From positions 3,360,001 to 3,424,000 of the forward strand of contig OZ242311.1 of assembly GCA_965207885.1 (NCBI GenBank): a stretch of DNA of 64,000 nucleotides. Direction: 5' to 3'. Shown one piece after another: positions 20,760-30,062 of this stretch. Each line of letters starts with the position of its first letter. Positions within the stretch are counted from its first letter, which is position 1. Position numbers and translations under genes: made by a program. This DNA is from Candidatus Latescibacterota bacterium (GTDB lineage Bacteria > Latescibacterota > UBA2968). The notes below the pieces were generated by a model. It saw only the letters and a program-made list of their open reading frames with translations. It was not told the DNA's origin and made no database searches.

Positions 20760-20788
20760 AGTTTAAGGTATTGCAACATACCTGTCAA
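20760..20788 (-). promoter_or_regulatory. Sigma70-type promoter of the glycolytic operon with overlapping inverted repeat
   Basis: TTGACA-N17-TAAACT; AGGTAT-N6-ATACCT at 20766-20783. Confidence 0.6.
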
Positions 20789-20825
20789 GCCCGTTGTATT
20801 CGCCCACTAAAATATAAAATCACCG

Positions 20826-21554
20826 TCAAGGCTCTGATTTTTTTACATCTTGAGATAGATCATCCTCACCGAATGGGGGACTGGCAACAGCACCAACGGA
20901 CACGCATTGTGCCCCCGCAGATCTAAGCGCATGAACACATGCATTGAGCGTCGCACCAGTCGTGATGACATCGTCAATCAGAAATATTTTTCGCCCCTCA
21001 ATAGACGCGGGATGACGCACGCGAAATGCTCCCTGCACATTGTATTCGCGTTCCAAAACGCCCAGTTGTGTCTGCGTAGGAGTTGCTCGCACTCTTTTCA
21101 GCGCGTTTGCCATCACTTGTAAACCCGATACCCGTCCTGTAGCACGTGCAATAATCTCACTCTGATTATACCCACGTGCTCTTTTTTTAGCAGAGTGAAG
21201 AGGCACTGGAACAATTACCGCATCGGGTTCGACAGCGCCCGCTATGCGCTGCCCCAAAGCCTTGCCAAATATCTGTCCAGGCAACGTTTTTCCCCGGTAT
21301 TTGAGCGCGTGAATCAAAGACCGAATACAATCATTAAATTGATACAAAATAACTATCTGATCAAATTCGTGTTCAAAATCCACCTCGTGTAGTTCTGAAT
21401 CCCAAATCTCGATATCATCCCAACACGAATCACACAGCCCCGGCGAATCCGGCAGCGATGCTTTGCAAATCATACAAGACGACGGATAAACAAAATTGAG
21501 TGCCGCCTTCCAAATTTTCCATACTATTTGCACAATCTTTCCTCTTCCCCACAT
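20826..21554 (-). CDS. comF: ComF family protein
   Basis: CxxC..CxxC zinc ribbon, VPVPLH, RGYNQS, LIDDVITTGATL; exact start uncertain. Confidence 0.92.
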   Translation of the reverse strand: MWGRGKIVQIVWKIWKAALNFVYPSSCMICKASLPDSPGLCDSCWDDIEIWDSELHEVDFEHEFDQIVILYQFNDCIRSLIHALKYRGKTLPGQIFGKALGQRIAGAVEPDAVIVPVPLHSAKKRARGYNQSEIIARATGRVSGLQVMANALKRVRATPTQTQLGVLEREYNVQGAFRVRHPASIEGRKIFLIDDVITTGATLNACVHALRSAGAQCVSVGAVASPPFGEDDLSQDVKKSEP

Positions 21555-21623
21555 TTATTTTTTTTCTTAACCTAAAAAGTCCTTATTTTTTTTCATCCCA
21601 TAACTCAATCGCGGAGATGTGCC

Positions 21624-23582
21624 GTGTCTCTGGAAAATGCCCGCGCAATCGTATTCGATCTCGACGGAACCCTCTTTGACCTGACGCCCGTCGTACATGC
21701 CGCGCGCCAACGCGTTGCTACCTTTCTATTTTCAAACGGTTTTTTTTCTACCCGCGCCTACGCACGCCAGCGCATCAATACGCTCGAACGCAAACACGGC
21801 CCTTATTATTCATCCTCGCCCTATTATTTCGCCTTTTTCGATATCGCCAAAGCCGTCTTCAAAGACAAACCCGACCAGGTGCGTCGTTTCCTCGACAAAC
21901 AAAATACCGACCCGGAAGCCGAGCCGGTCGAAGCCCTCGTAGCAGAAATGGAGCGCGTTTACAATGCCGAAGATGTAGAAGATATTCGCCCCTATCCCGA
22001 TGCGTTACACACCCTTCGGGAATTGCGCCACGCGGGCTATAAACTGTTTCTGGTCACACTGGGCAGAGCACGCCGTCAGCGCAACAAAATTGAATGCCTG
22101 GGCATTGCTCCTTATTTTGATCGCATCATCAACGAAGGTCCCCCTGCACATGCCTACTGGTTTTCAGAGCTTATGGAAAACCACGACCTCTCCCCCGACC
22201 AACTCATCGTCGTTGGCGACCGCACACATGACGAAATCCGTGCGGGCAATCGCCAGGGACTAACCACAATCTGGTTGCGGCGCGGAAGATTCTCCCGCGA
22301 AACACCCGCAATAGGCGACCGTCCCGACTACGAAATTAAATACCTCGCCCAACTATCCACATTATTGCACCTCTCGCGGATCGGGAAAAATCCCGACAGA
22401 TTCAGAATTGCCGTTATCGGCGGCGGCACTGGCCTTCCCACTGTCTTGCGCGGGCTAAGGCCCTATACCCGTCACCCGACAGCCGTCGTTGCCGTAACCG
22501 ATAGCGGAGCTTCCTCGGGGCGTATCCGCTGGAATTTGGGAGTCCAGCCCCCCGGCGACATTCGCAATGCTCTCACAGCACTTGCCGATCCCGAACAGAT
22601 ATCTCAGGGACTTTTCAATGTCTTCCAACACCGCTTTCCCAATAGCGAACAAGAATCCGGTATTTTTAAGAACGACCATATTGGCAATTTTCTCGTGGCT
22701 GCCCTTACCCAGCAACTCGGCGATTTCCATGCGGCTATAAAAACAGCCAGCGACATGCTGCACGTACAGGGCACAGTTTTCCCTGCCAGCACCGACAATG
22801 TCGATATTTGCGCCAAACTGACAAACGGCGAACATCGCTATACCGAATGGATGGTCAGAAAACCCGGCAAACCACCAATTGATCTGGCGTATCTCGTCAC
22901 CAATGACACACTCTTGCGCGAACTCAATCGCAAAAACAGCGCGCTCGATCGCGTCATAGACCCCGAAACAGGACAGGTTGAAATCTGCGTGCGTCAGGGG
23001 CGCAAAGTGAGCCTGGAACAAGATCAGATCAGAGCACCGCGTGGAGCTTTGCAAGCCATTGCAGATGCAGATATCGTCGTCATAGGACCGGGTAGCCTGT
23101 ACACCAGTGTCATCACCAATCTCCTCGTACCCGATATTCAAAAAGCACTGGTCAAACGCGCTCAGGGCAAAACCATCTATGTTTGCAACATCGTCACACA
23201 ACCCGGACAAACCGACGATTTTAGAGCCTCTGACCACCTCAAATCCATCCTCAAACACATTCCCGAAAATCAGCGCGATGGCGTCATCGATCACACGTTG
23301 GTGCAGGACCTCCGCATATTCCAAACGCCCAAAAGCAAGGACTGGCACCCACTGCTCAAAAAATACAAAAAAGATGGCAAAATTCTGGTTGAATCCGATA
23401 CAGAAACGCTCGACGCCCTCGGTCCCTGGACCCGCGCTGACTTCTTAGAAGAATTTCATCCCGATGCCATAGAGCGCGGCACCGGCGATTTTATCAGCCA
23501 CGACCCGGCCAAAGTCGCCGATGCGATCTGTCGCATTTTCTGCGGCCTGAGCGTACCCGACTACTGGGGCCTGGACGAATGA
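21624..23582 (+). CDS. Fusion of HAD-family hydrolase and YvcK/GlmR (CofD-like, UPF0052) domain
   Basis: N-terminal FDLDGTL, LVT, VGDR..DEI; C-terminal IGGGTGL, DSGASSG, PPGDIRN, GPGSLYTS, NIVTQPG; one continuous frame, GGAG RBS and GTG start. Confidence 0.88.
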   Translation: MSLENARAIVFDLDGTLFDLTPVVHAARQRVATFLFSNGFFSTRAYARQRINTLERKHGPYYSSSPYYFAFFDIAKAVFKDKPDQVRRFLDKQNTDPEAEPVEALVAEMERVYNAEDVEDIRPYPDALHTLRELRHAGYKLFLVTLGRARRQRNKIECLGIAPYFDRIINEGPPAHAYWFSELMENHDLSPDQLIVVGDRTHDEIRAGNRQGLTTIWLRRGRFSRETPAIGDRPDYEIKYLAQLSTLLHLSRIGKNPDRFRIAVIGGGTGLPTVLRGLRPYTRHPTAVVAVTDSGASSGRIRWNLGVQPPGDIRNALTALADPEQISQGLFNVFQHRFPNSEQESGIFKNDHIGNFLVAALTQQLGDFHAAIKTASDMLHVQGTVFPASTDNVDICAKLTNGEHRYTEWMVRKPGKPPIDLAYLVTNDTLLRELNRKNSALDRVIDPETGQVEICVRQGRKVSLEQDQIRAPRGALQAIADADIVVIGPGSLYTSVITNLLVPDIQKALVKRAQGKTIYVCNIVTQPGQTDDFRASDHLKSILKHIPENQRDGVIDHTLVQDLRIFQTPKSKDWHPLLKKYKKDGKILVESDTETLDALGPWTRADFLEEFHPDAIERGTGDFISHDPAKVADAICRIFCGLSVPDYWGLDE

Positions 23583-24268
23583 CAGGAAAAATTAGAGGCA
23601 TTATTTTTGACCTCGATGACACCCTCTTTGACTGCACGGGTCAACTCACCCAACCGGCACGTCGCAGAGCCGCTCAAGTTCTCGCATCTGCACATCCCGA
23701 CCTCTCAATTGAGACTGGTTATCAGCAACAAGTGTCACTATCCCAAACGCATGGGTCTTCAGAGGCCATTCGCATACTCGGCACTCAGTACAATATCCCA
23801 GCCAACATCGTAGAACGGGCGCTCAATACCTATAATCCCCACACTGTGGAGACCATCACCCTTTTCCCCGATGTACTCCCCACCCTCGCAACCCTTGTCC
23901 AGCGCGGTTATCAACTCGCCCTCGTCACCTCTGGAAATCCCGACCGCCAGCGCGAAAAAATTCGCCTTCTCGACTTGTGCGATTATTTTAGCGAGGCTGA
24001 CAATACCCTCATCCTACACGACGACCGAAAAAACAGCGATAAAGAGTCATCGCTCACCCAGGCCGCAAGAGCAATATCCTTGCCACACGCCCAGATTCTA
24101 TGCGTGGGAGACAAACTCACCGACGAAATCGCTACGGCCAAAACCCTGAGTATGACTACCGTACACATGCGTCATGGCCGACAAAAAAACAGAAAGCCTC
24201 AAACCCCATCAGAACAGCCCGATATTGAAATAGACCGCATTTCTCAACTGCTATCTCTCCTACCCTGA
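23579..24268 (+). CDS. HAD-family hydrolase
   Basis: FDLDDTL, LVTSG, VGDK..DEI; ATGA overlap with the upstream stop. Confidence 0.9.
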   Translation: MTGKIRGIIFDLDDTLFDCTGQLTQPARRRAAQVLASAHPDLSIETGYQQQVSLSQTHGSSEAIRILGTQYNIPANIVERALNTYNPHTVETITLFPDVLPTLATLVQRGYQLALVTSGNPDRQREKIRLLDLCDYFSEADNTLILHDDRKNSDKESSLTQAARAISLPHAQILCVGDKLTDEIATAKTLSMTTVHMRHGRQKNRKPQTPSEQPDIEIDRISQLLSLLP

Positions 24269-25053
24269 CCTCTATAAACGCAAATCTCATCCCCTCGTTT
24301 TACACCGAGCGTCCTGCTTGCACTGCCCCCACAAACCGCGATCTCCAGCGTATCCAAACTGCCGTAAAGCGCCAGTGTTTTCCCCTTTTCGACCTGGCTA
24401 TATGTCTGACATATCCGATCAAACCGGATCTCGCCAATAATAATCTCAAAATTCCCATCGGGATATTTTGCATCAATTTGCGACCGCGCAATCATTGAGA
24501 TCGCATTGCCAAAATGGTCAACACATACCACTCGTCCAACGAGTGCATCGTCACGTTCTTCAACGCCCCACAAATCGCATGTGACCGGATCCCCAATTTT
24601 TGTCCCCACTTCTTCACATGAAACCCCCTTGAGTAAATGCGCCCCCACCTGGGCAAATACATCTCGTCCGTGGAACGTCGAACTCACTTGCGAGCGCATC
24701 AATGCCACATTTTCAATCGCCACAATGCGCCGTACAACTTCTCGCTCATAGACAGGAGAGAACAGGCCATTATCCGGTCCGACATACACAAATTGCTCTG
24801 TTTCAACGACAATGCCCCGGCGATCACTCCCCACCCCCGGGTCAACCACTCCAACATGTACGCTACCCTCTGGAAAAAAAGGACACGCACAATACATGGC
24901 AAAAGCGCCAGCAGCAACATCCTGGGGCGGCACCTGATGTGTTATATCTACAATTTGAGCCCCTGGCACAGAGGTGAACACCACGCCCTTCATCGCAGCA
25001 ACATAGCCATCAGAAATGCCAAAATCTGTCGTCAGTGTTAATATTCGCCTCAT
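24244..25053 (-). CDS. SAM hydroxide adenosyltransferase (DUF62)
   Basis: TTDFG, VVDPGVG.DRR, GPDNG, STFHGRDVF, DHFGN, LEIA. Confidence 0.92.
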   Translation of the reverse strand: MRRILTLTTDFGISDGYVAAMKGVVFTSVPGAQIVDITHQVPPQDVAAGAFAMYCACPFFPEGSVHVGVVDPGVGSDRRGIVVETEQFVYVGPDNGLFSPVYEREVVRRIVAIENVALMRSQVSSTFHGRDVFAQVGAHLLKGVSCEEVGTKIGDPVTCDLWGVEERDDALVGRVVCVDHFGNAISMIARSQIDAKYPDGNFEIIIGEIRFDRICQTYSQVEKGKTLALYGSLDTLEIAVCGGSASRTLGVKRGDEICVYRGQGRRDSS

Positions 25054-25061
25054 ATCACCAC

Positions 25062-25754
25062 CTAAAAAACATTTGCCTCTTTCATACTCAAGAACCGCTC
25101 TGAACCGACGATCAGATGGTCCAACACCTCAATCCCCATAATCTCACCGGCCTGCACCATGCGGCGCGTGAGTTCAATATCTTCTCGGCTCGGTGTTACA
25201 TCACCACTGGGGTGGTTATGCGCCAGAATCACACTCGCAGCAGACGACCCCACAGCCGGCACAAACACCTCTCGCGGATGCACGAGTGAGGCGTTAAGCG
25301 AGCCAACCGACACATTTTCGCGGCAAATCACCTGATTCCGCGCATTGAGAAAAAGCGCCACAAAATATTCCTTGCGCAGATCTTTGATATCTGTCAGCAG
25401 GCCCAAAACATCGGCTGGGCTGGTGATAGTAGGCTCAATACCTATCCCCTGGTTAAGCCCCCGTTTTGCCAGTTCAAATCCCGCGACCAAACCCGCGGCT
25501 TTTGCCCGCCCGATTCCCTTTATTGTCGTGAGCTCTTTCAGATCCATATCCACGAGTTTATTAACGGGATACCTCTTGACTATCCCGCGCGAAATTTCCA
25601 GAACATTTCTGCCTTCGTATCCCGTTCGCAGCAAAATCGCCAGCAGTTCCTCATCGCGCAATCCCTCTGGCCCCAAACGCTCGAGTTTTTCTCGTGGCAT
25701 ATCCACATCTGCCACGCCCGCGATACCTCCTCTACTTTTTACAAAGCCATTCAT
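25062..25754 (-). CDS. radC: RadC (JAB domain) protein, full length
   Basis: PREKL, ELLAILLRTG, HhH motif GIG.AKA, HPREVF, AHNHPSGD, LDHLI. Confidence 0.95.
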   Translation of the reverse strand: MNGFVKSRGGIAGVADVDMPREKLERLGPEGLRDEELLAILLRTGYEGRNVLEISRGIVKRYPVNKLVDMDLKELTTIKGIGRAKAAGLVAGFELAKRGLNQGIGIEPTITSPADVLGLLTDIKDLRKEYFVALFLNARNQVICRENVSVGSLNASLVHPREVFVPAVGSSAASVILAHNHPSGDVTPSREDIELTRRMVQAGEIMGIEVLDHLIVGSERFLSMKEANVF

Positions 25755-25764
25755 ATACTATCTC

Positions 25765-25790
25765 CCTGATATTGTTTCCACAACATCAGG
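25765..25790 (-). promoter_or_regulatory. Hairpin overlapping the radC ribosome-binding site
   Basis: CCTGATGTTGT-GGAA-ACAATATCAGG, 11-bp stem with one G-U, ending 10 nt before the ATG. Confidence 0.45.
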
Positions 25791-25950
25791 CAAAATCAGT
25801 GCCGTTGATCAAGATATTTTACAAATCTTTTATTTATATGCACTTATAGATTTAACGACAAAAAAATCAGTACAATATTTGCAACACAATGTTCAATTTA
25901 CATCCCAAAATATGAACATGCTGTTCTTCATTAAGTGCGAAAAAATCTAC

Positions 25951-26757
25951 TCACAGCGTGCGTTTCTGTGCAAAAAGCCATTTCATAAAAACCGGCTCGG
26001 GATCACAGCGATCGCTGCTGAGTTGGGTGCTGCCATTGTCGGCACCGGTAATCATTTTCATAGCAACACCATGTCCATCACCAGCCCAGATCGTGAACTT
26101 CATATTCCCACCCAATTTCTTTATCTCTCCAAAAAGTTTTTGAGCGCGGTCGAATGGACAGACCTTATCCTGATCCCCGTGGAAAGCCCATATCGGAACA
26201 TCTTTAATCACTGACGCATCGATAAATTCTTCTGTCTGAGGCAAACCCGTTCCAGCTGAAGGGGCTGCCGCTGCGAAATAATGGGGATCAATTTGTAAAA
26301 AGACATGGGTACCGTGCCCCCCCATGGAGTGCCCCAGAACGTATATTCTATCCATATCAACGGATGGTAATGTTGCAATGAAATCCTTGATCTTTTGAAG
26401 GTCTTCTGCGTTCCACAAACGACTGACTTGAGGAGCGAGCACATAAGAGGGATAATCTTTTCGCCTCTGCTCGTCTGCAAGAAGTCTATTCCAGCCACGC
26501 AATTGTTTTCGATTATCTGTCCCCCGGCCACCGCCACCATGCAATGAAACGATAACAGGGTAGCGCTTGTCCGCATCAAAATCTATGGGCTTCAACAGCC
26601 GATATGGCATCTCGTTGAAAACGTGAGGTTCATAAAGTTCAACCCATTCATTCCCATCGGGTTGTGCATCTGTTTCTGATGCGGTAACCAACGAGCAAAC
26701 CATGGTCGCAACAACTGCGTCCCAAAAATATCTCTTCAACTGCAAGGGTTGGTTCAT
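25951..26757 (-). CDS. Probably exported alpha/beta hydrolase (esterase/peptidase-like)
   Basis: Signal-like N-terminus, LHGGGGRG, GHSMGG, FHGDQD, GDGH. Confidence 0.82.
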   Translation of the reverse strand: MNQPLQLKRYFWDAVVATMVCSLVTASETDAQPDGNEWVELYEPHVFNEMPYRLLKPIDFDADKRYPVIVSLHGGGGRGTDNRKQLRGWNRLLADEQRRKDYPSYVLAPQVSRLWNAEDLQKIKDFIATLPSVDMDRIYVLGHSMGGHGTHVFLQIDPHYFAAAAPSAGTGLPQTEEFIDASVIKDVPIWAFHGDQDKVCPFDRAQKLFGEIKKLGGNMKFTIWAGDGHGVAMKMITGADNGSTQLSSDRCDPEPVFMKWLFAQKRTL

Positions 26758-26789
26758 GTCCTAATCCTTTCTTTTTTTGTTGTCAGAGT

Positions 26790-29700
26790 TCACCGATTGA
26801 CCGACACCTCAATGGCCATCTTATCTCCAGCAGTTAAGACCACTTCTTCTTTCAGGATCAGACTCACTCTATCGTCGCTAAATGAAGCAGTAGTACTGAC
26901 TACCTCCCCACCGATAGAAGCAACAACCGATTGTACATGCCGACCTTCGGGCACTTCAAATTCAAATATCCGAATGGGCAGACGCCCCCATTCAACGCTT
27001 AACTCCATAACCTGCATTTCCACATCTCGTCTCTGCTTGAACAGACCCCATCCTTCGGCTGCAGCAAAAAAGGATACGTGATCATCGGATTTCCATACAG
27101 GTGCAAAGCCTATTCGCGCTTTGGGACCTTCATATACAAAACCCTGGCAAGCGAGCAACAACGACCACACACTCATCGCCCGTGCATAAAATTTGCCGCA
27201 TTCATCATCGCCAAACGGATTCCCACTATATCCCCACGACGCTGTATTCATCTCCGTCAACTGATCGCGCAACCTGCCATCGTAGCGATCGTAAACAGCC
27301 CGGGCAACCATCAGGCCTTCCTTGAGCATTCCAAACTGAACCATCGCTGCAGCAGCGCCATACTCAAAACCCGTCATCGCCTCGTCGCCGTATTTCATAC
27401 TGCGAAATGGCTGAGGACCCTTTGGCCAGGAAATCATCTTCATTGCCGCATCGTCATTATCGACAAATTTTCTCGGTCGCTGTGTCGTCGTCCGAAAATG
27501 ATGCTTGAAATTGTACTGCAAAAGAGACCGCAGTGCCGAACGGACATTTTCCTCGGGATAGTGTCCCGGCAAGTTCACCTGTGGTGCCCACCACTCACCC
27601 AGCACCTGATCGATATGGCAACCATCTCCGTAGTCTTCATGGGCATCCTCGTCGGGACTCTGCACGTAATACTCGCCATTCCAGAGCGTCCGATTCTGAT
27701 TTCGCGTTCCCTTTTCACGCAACTTGCGATATCGGTCGGCGGACTGCGCATCATCTTCCAATACAGCCATCTTTTCACACGCCGCAAGAGCCGACAGATA
27801 AAGCGTCCCCATCCACGATGTTGCCCCCGACAGTTCACCATCAAGTGTATTGTGTTGCGAACCCGATAGCAAACCATCTTCATCTGAATCCCAACGCGCA
27901 ATCACAAAATTCATCGCCTTCTGCGCACTGGGCCAATGCGCGTGCAACCACTGCTGATCTGGACTACACAGATACTCGCGATATGTACTCAAAATATCGC
28001 CGAGCATCCCATCAATTGCCGGGCCTTGTATTTCAAAATGGCGTTCGCTGTGGCGAAAAGGCAATCCCCCATCTTCCCCCTGCAATACAAATGTCTGCTC
28101 GCGCATTCTCCGCGCGATCTCGGGAAAAAGACGCGCATGCGCCTGTGCATAGTGCCACACATGGCTGCAATTCCCCATACAACAACCCGAAGTTGGTGCG
28201 CAACCTTCATTGGCTCCAAAATACCCATCTTTTGCCCAAAAACACGTCTTGCTTCTCAGCACTGCAACCTGCGAACTTATTCGGTCCAGCAACCAGTGCG
28301 GGAGATTAGACGCATAGAGCGTATCGTGAAAGCGCCGCGTCTGTTGTGTCAAATCATCGAGATTAGCCTTGAGATATGCATAAACATCTAGCGCATCAGT
28401 CCACCAGTTTGCATACATATTGCCGTGTTTCACCCATATACGCGAACCATGGTTGGTATTGGGGAAATACCAAGCGAGAACAAAGGTGATAGTGCGTTTT
28501 TCCCCTGGTCGAAGCACAAATGGCGTAGCCAGCGCGCAATCGACCGTTCCGCCAGTAGCCGACGGCCCCGCTGATTCGACATATTCCAGATCACCATCTC
28601 GTGAAAATACTTCATGCAAATCGCGCAAACCGTTCCAGGAAGCTGTCGCACTGGCATTTTCCACCTGTGCCGACAGCACCATATCTTCATCAGATGCCGA
28701 CAGGTGCGTCATATGAATCGAAGTCGCATCATCCTCTCGAATCACCCGGTTGACATTGCCGCCATAACCCCCATTGGGACTATCTCCCGCGATGCCAATC
28801 GCATTTTGTTGCGTAGCCAGAAAACTGACTTCTACAGGAGAATCACCCTCATTGCTCGCCGTCAGATTAAAAATCCCACACGGGATACTCGAACATTTCA
28901 CATCAAGGGGAATCAGCGGATTAAAAACCTCCATTTCGACCCGAAGGGGAAAATCGGCATCTGCGAACTCAAACCATCCAAACGGGTATTCCCCCCTGAA
29001 CCTCAGACGATCCATCGCGGGAAATACTCCAACACCCGAAGTCTGTAACGCCCTGACCACAGGCTCTTTTCCCCGGGGCCTCGCCCACACGGCAAAAAAG
29101 CTATTGGGCACTTCGATATGTTCAAAATTATTGAATATTTGCCACGCCGACCGCTCTGCCTTGCCATTCACCTGAATCAAACCCGCACCAATCCCTCCCA
29201 CCGGCAGAGAAATCGCATCCAGATATTGCCCCTCATAGACTTTTGTATCGCCGGGATCGAACAAAGCGGAATCGTTTAGACGCGCTCTAAGGGCATCCGC
29301 CGCCACCTCGTTTTCTTCGTCCTCCCGTTGTTCCCGATCATGCACCACCCGCTTTCGGAGCGACTCTCGACCAGCCGCATCAACGTGTTGTGCGATATCC
29401 AGCGGTGTCAGAGCCACATTGTATATAGCTACCTCGTCTATCGCACAATTTACAGCCCGATCCTCACCACTTGCGCTGGACGCACCAATCTGTATCGGAC
29501 CAGCTTGCCGCAGCACACCAAACGCCAGAGACCCCATATCCAGAAAGCATTCGACGCCATCGATATAAGCGCGAAATTCCTGTCGCGGCTTGCTCGTAGC
29601 CAAAAAATGATACCAATGCCCCACTTTTATAGATCCATCAGGCGGAAAAATCAGCGTATTTGTTGTGCCGTTGAGAAATCGAAGCGCATTCAAATCCCGC

Positions 29701-30050
29701 GTCACATGAAATGCGAATCGCGTCTGTTCACCGTGGGATAGCTGATGCGAAATAAGACAGGGTTCGTAGTCCAACTGCTCATCGGAAATAACTTGAAAAA
29801 AGAATTCAACAGATGCGTCGCCCGCTGGATTTTCATCCAGATGTGGCACAATTCCCAAAGCCACATACGAACTCACCCTGCCGACATCCGCATCCTGAGT
29901 CTCCCCCACTCGCCAATAAGCCAAAAGCCCCGACTCATTGCGAACAGTCTGCGAATAAGCCAGAGCCGCAGCTTTTAATGCAGATCCCACACCCAATCTA
30001 AAGGGCAACGAAGCGACTATCGGCGCGTTTTCTTTATTTACAGGTATCAT
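26790..30050 (-). CDS. GH116 (non-lysosomal glucosylceramidase-like) with N-terminal LamG-like domain
   Basis: PVGGIGAG, GEYPF, FNPLIP, EGC...C.GNC.HVW.Y, QHNTLD, DQVLG, ECG.FYARAM; N-terminal GHWYH...IDG...IDEVAIY. Confidence 0.85.
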   Translation of the reverse strand: MIPVNKENAPIVASLPFRLGVGSALKAAALAYSQTVRNESGLLAYWRVGETQDADVGRVSSYVALGIVPHLDENPAGDASVEFFFQVISDEQLDYEPCLISHQLSHGEQTRFAFHVTRDLNALRFLNGTTNTLIFPPDGSIKVGHWYHFLATSKPRQEFRAYIDGVECFLDMGSLAFGVLRQAGPIQIGASSASGEDRAVNCAIDEVAIYNVALTPLDIAQHVDAAGRESLRKRVVHDREQREDEENEVAADALRARLNDSALFDPGDTKVYEGQYLDAISLPVGGIGAGLIQVNGKAERSAWQIFNNFEHIEVPNSFFAVWARPRGKEPVVRALQTSGVGVFPAMDRLRFRGEYPFGWFEFADADFPLRVEMEVFNPLIPLDVKCSSIPCGIFNLTASNEGDSPVEVSFLATQQNAIGIAGDSPNGGYGGNVNRVIREDDATSIHMTHLSASDEDMVLSAQVENASATASWNGLRDLHEVFSRDGDLEYVESAGPSATGGTVDCALATPFVLRPGEKRTITFVLAWYFPNTNHGSRIWVKHGNMYANWWTDALDVYAYLKANLDDLTQQTRRFHDTLYASNLPHWLLDRISSQVAVLRSKTCFWAKDGYFGANEGCAPTSGCCMGNCSHVWHYAQAHARLFPEIARRMREQTFVLQGEDGGLPFRHSERHFEIQGPAIDGMLGDILSTYREYLCSPDQQWLHAHWPSAQKAMNFVIARWDSDEDGLLSGSQHNTLDGELSGATSWMGTLYLSALAACEKMAVLEDDAQSADRYRKLREKGTRNQNRTLWNGEYYVQSPDEDAHEDYGDGCHIDQVLGEWWAPQVNLPGHYPEENVRSALRSLLQYNFKHHFRTTTQRPRKFVDNDDAAMKMISWPKGPQPFRSMKYGDEAMTGFEYGAAAAMVQFGMLKEGLMVARAVYDRYDGRLRDQLTEMNTASWGYSGNPFGDDECGKFYARAMSVWSLLLACQGFVYEGPKARIGFAPVWKSDDHVSFFAAAEGWGLFKQRRDVEMQVMELSVEWGRLPIRIFEFEVPEGRHVQSVVASIGGEVVSTTASFSDDRVSLILKEEVVLTAGDKMAIEVSVNR

Positions 30051-30062
30051 CCCTTTTCTCCA

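Noticed and set aside
24244-25053. SAM-dependent fluorinase/chlorinase
   Set aside because: The Asp-Arg-His residues (DPG, RR, TFHGRD) fit the DUF62 SAM hydrolase rather than the halogenases
25062-25754. radC as a mobile-element marker
   Set aside because: It is the full-length HhH+JAB chromosomal form within a core gene block
25914-25926. Possible LexA box GAAC-N5-GTTC upstream of radC
   Set aside because: Spacing does not fit GAAC-N4-GTTC, and it is a single occurrence
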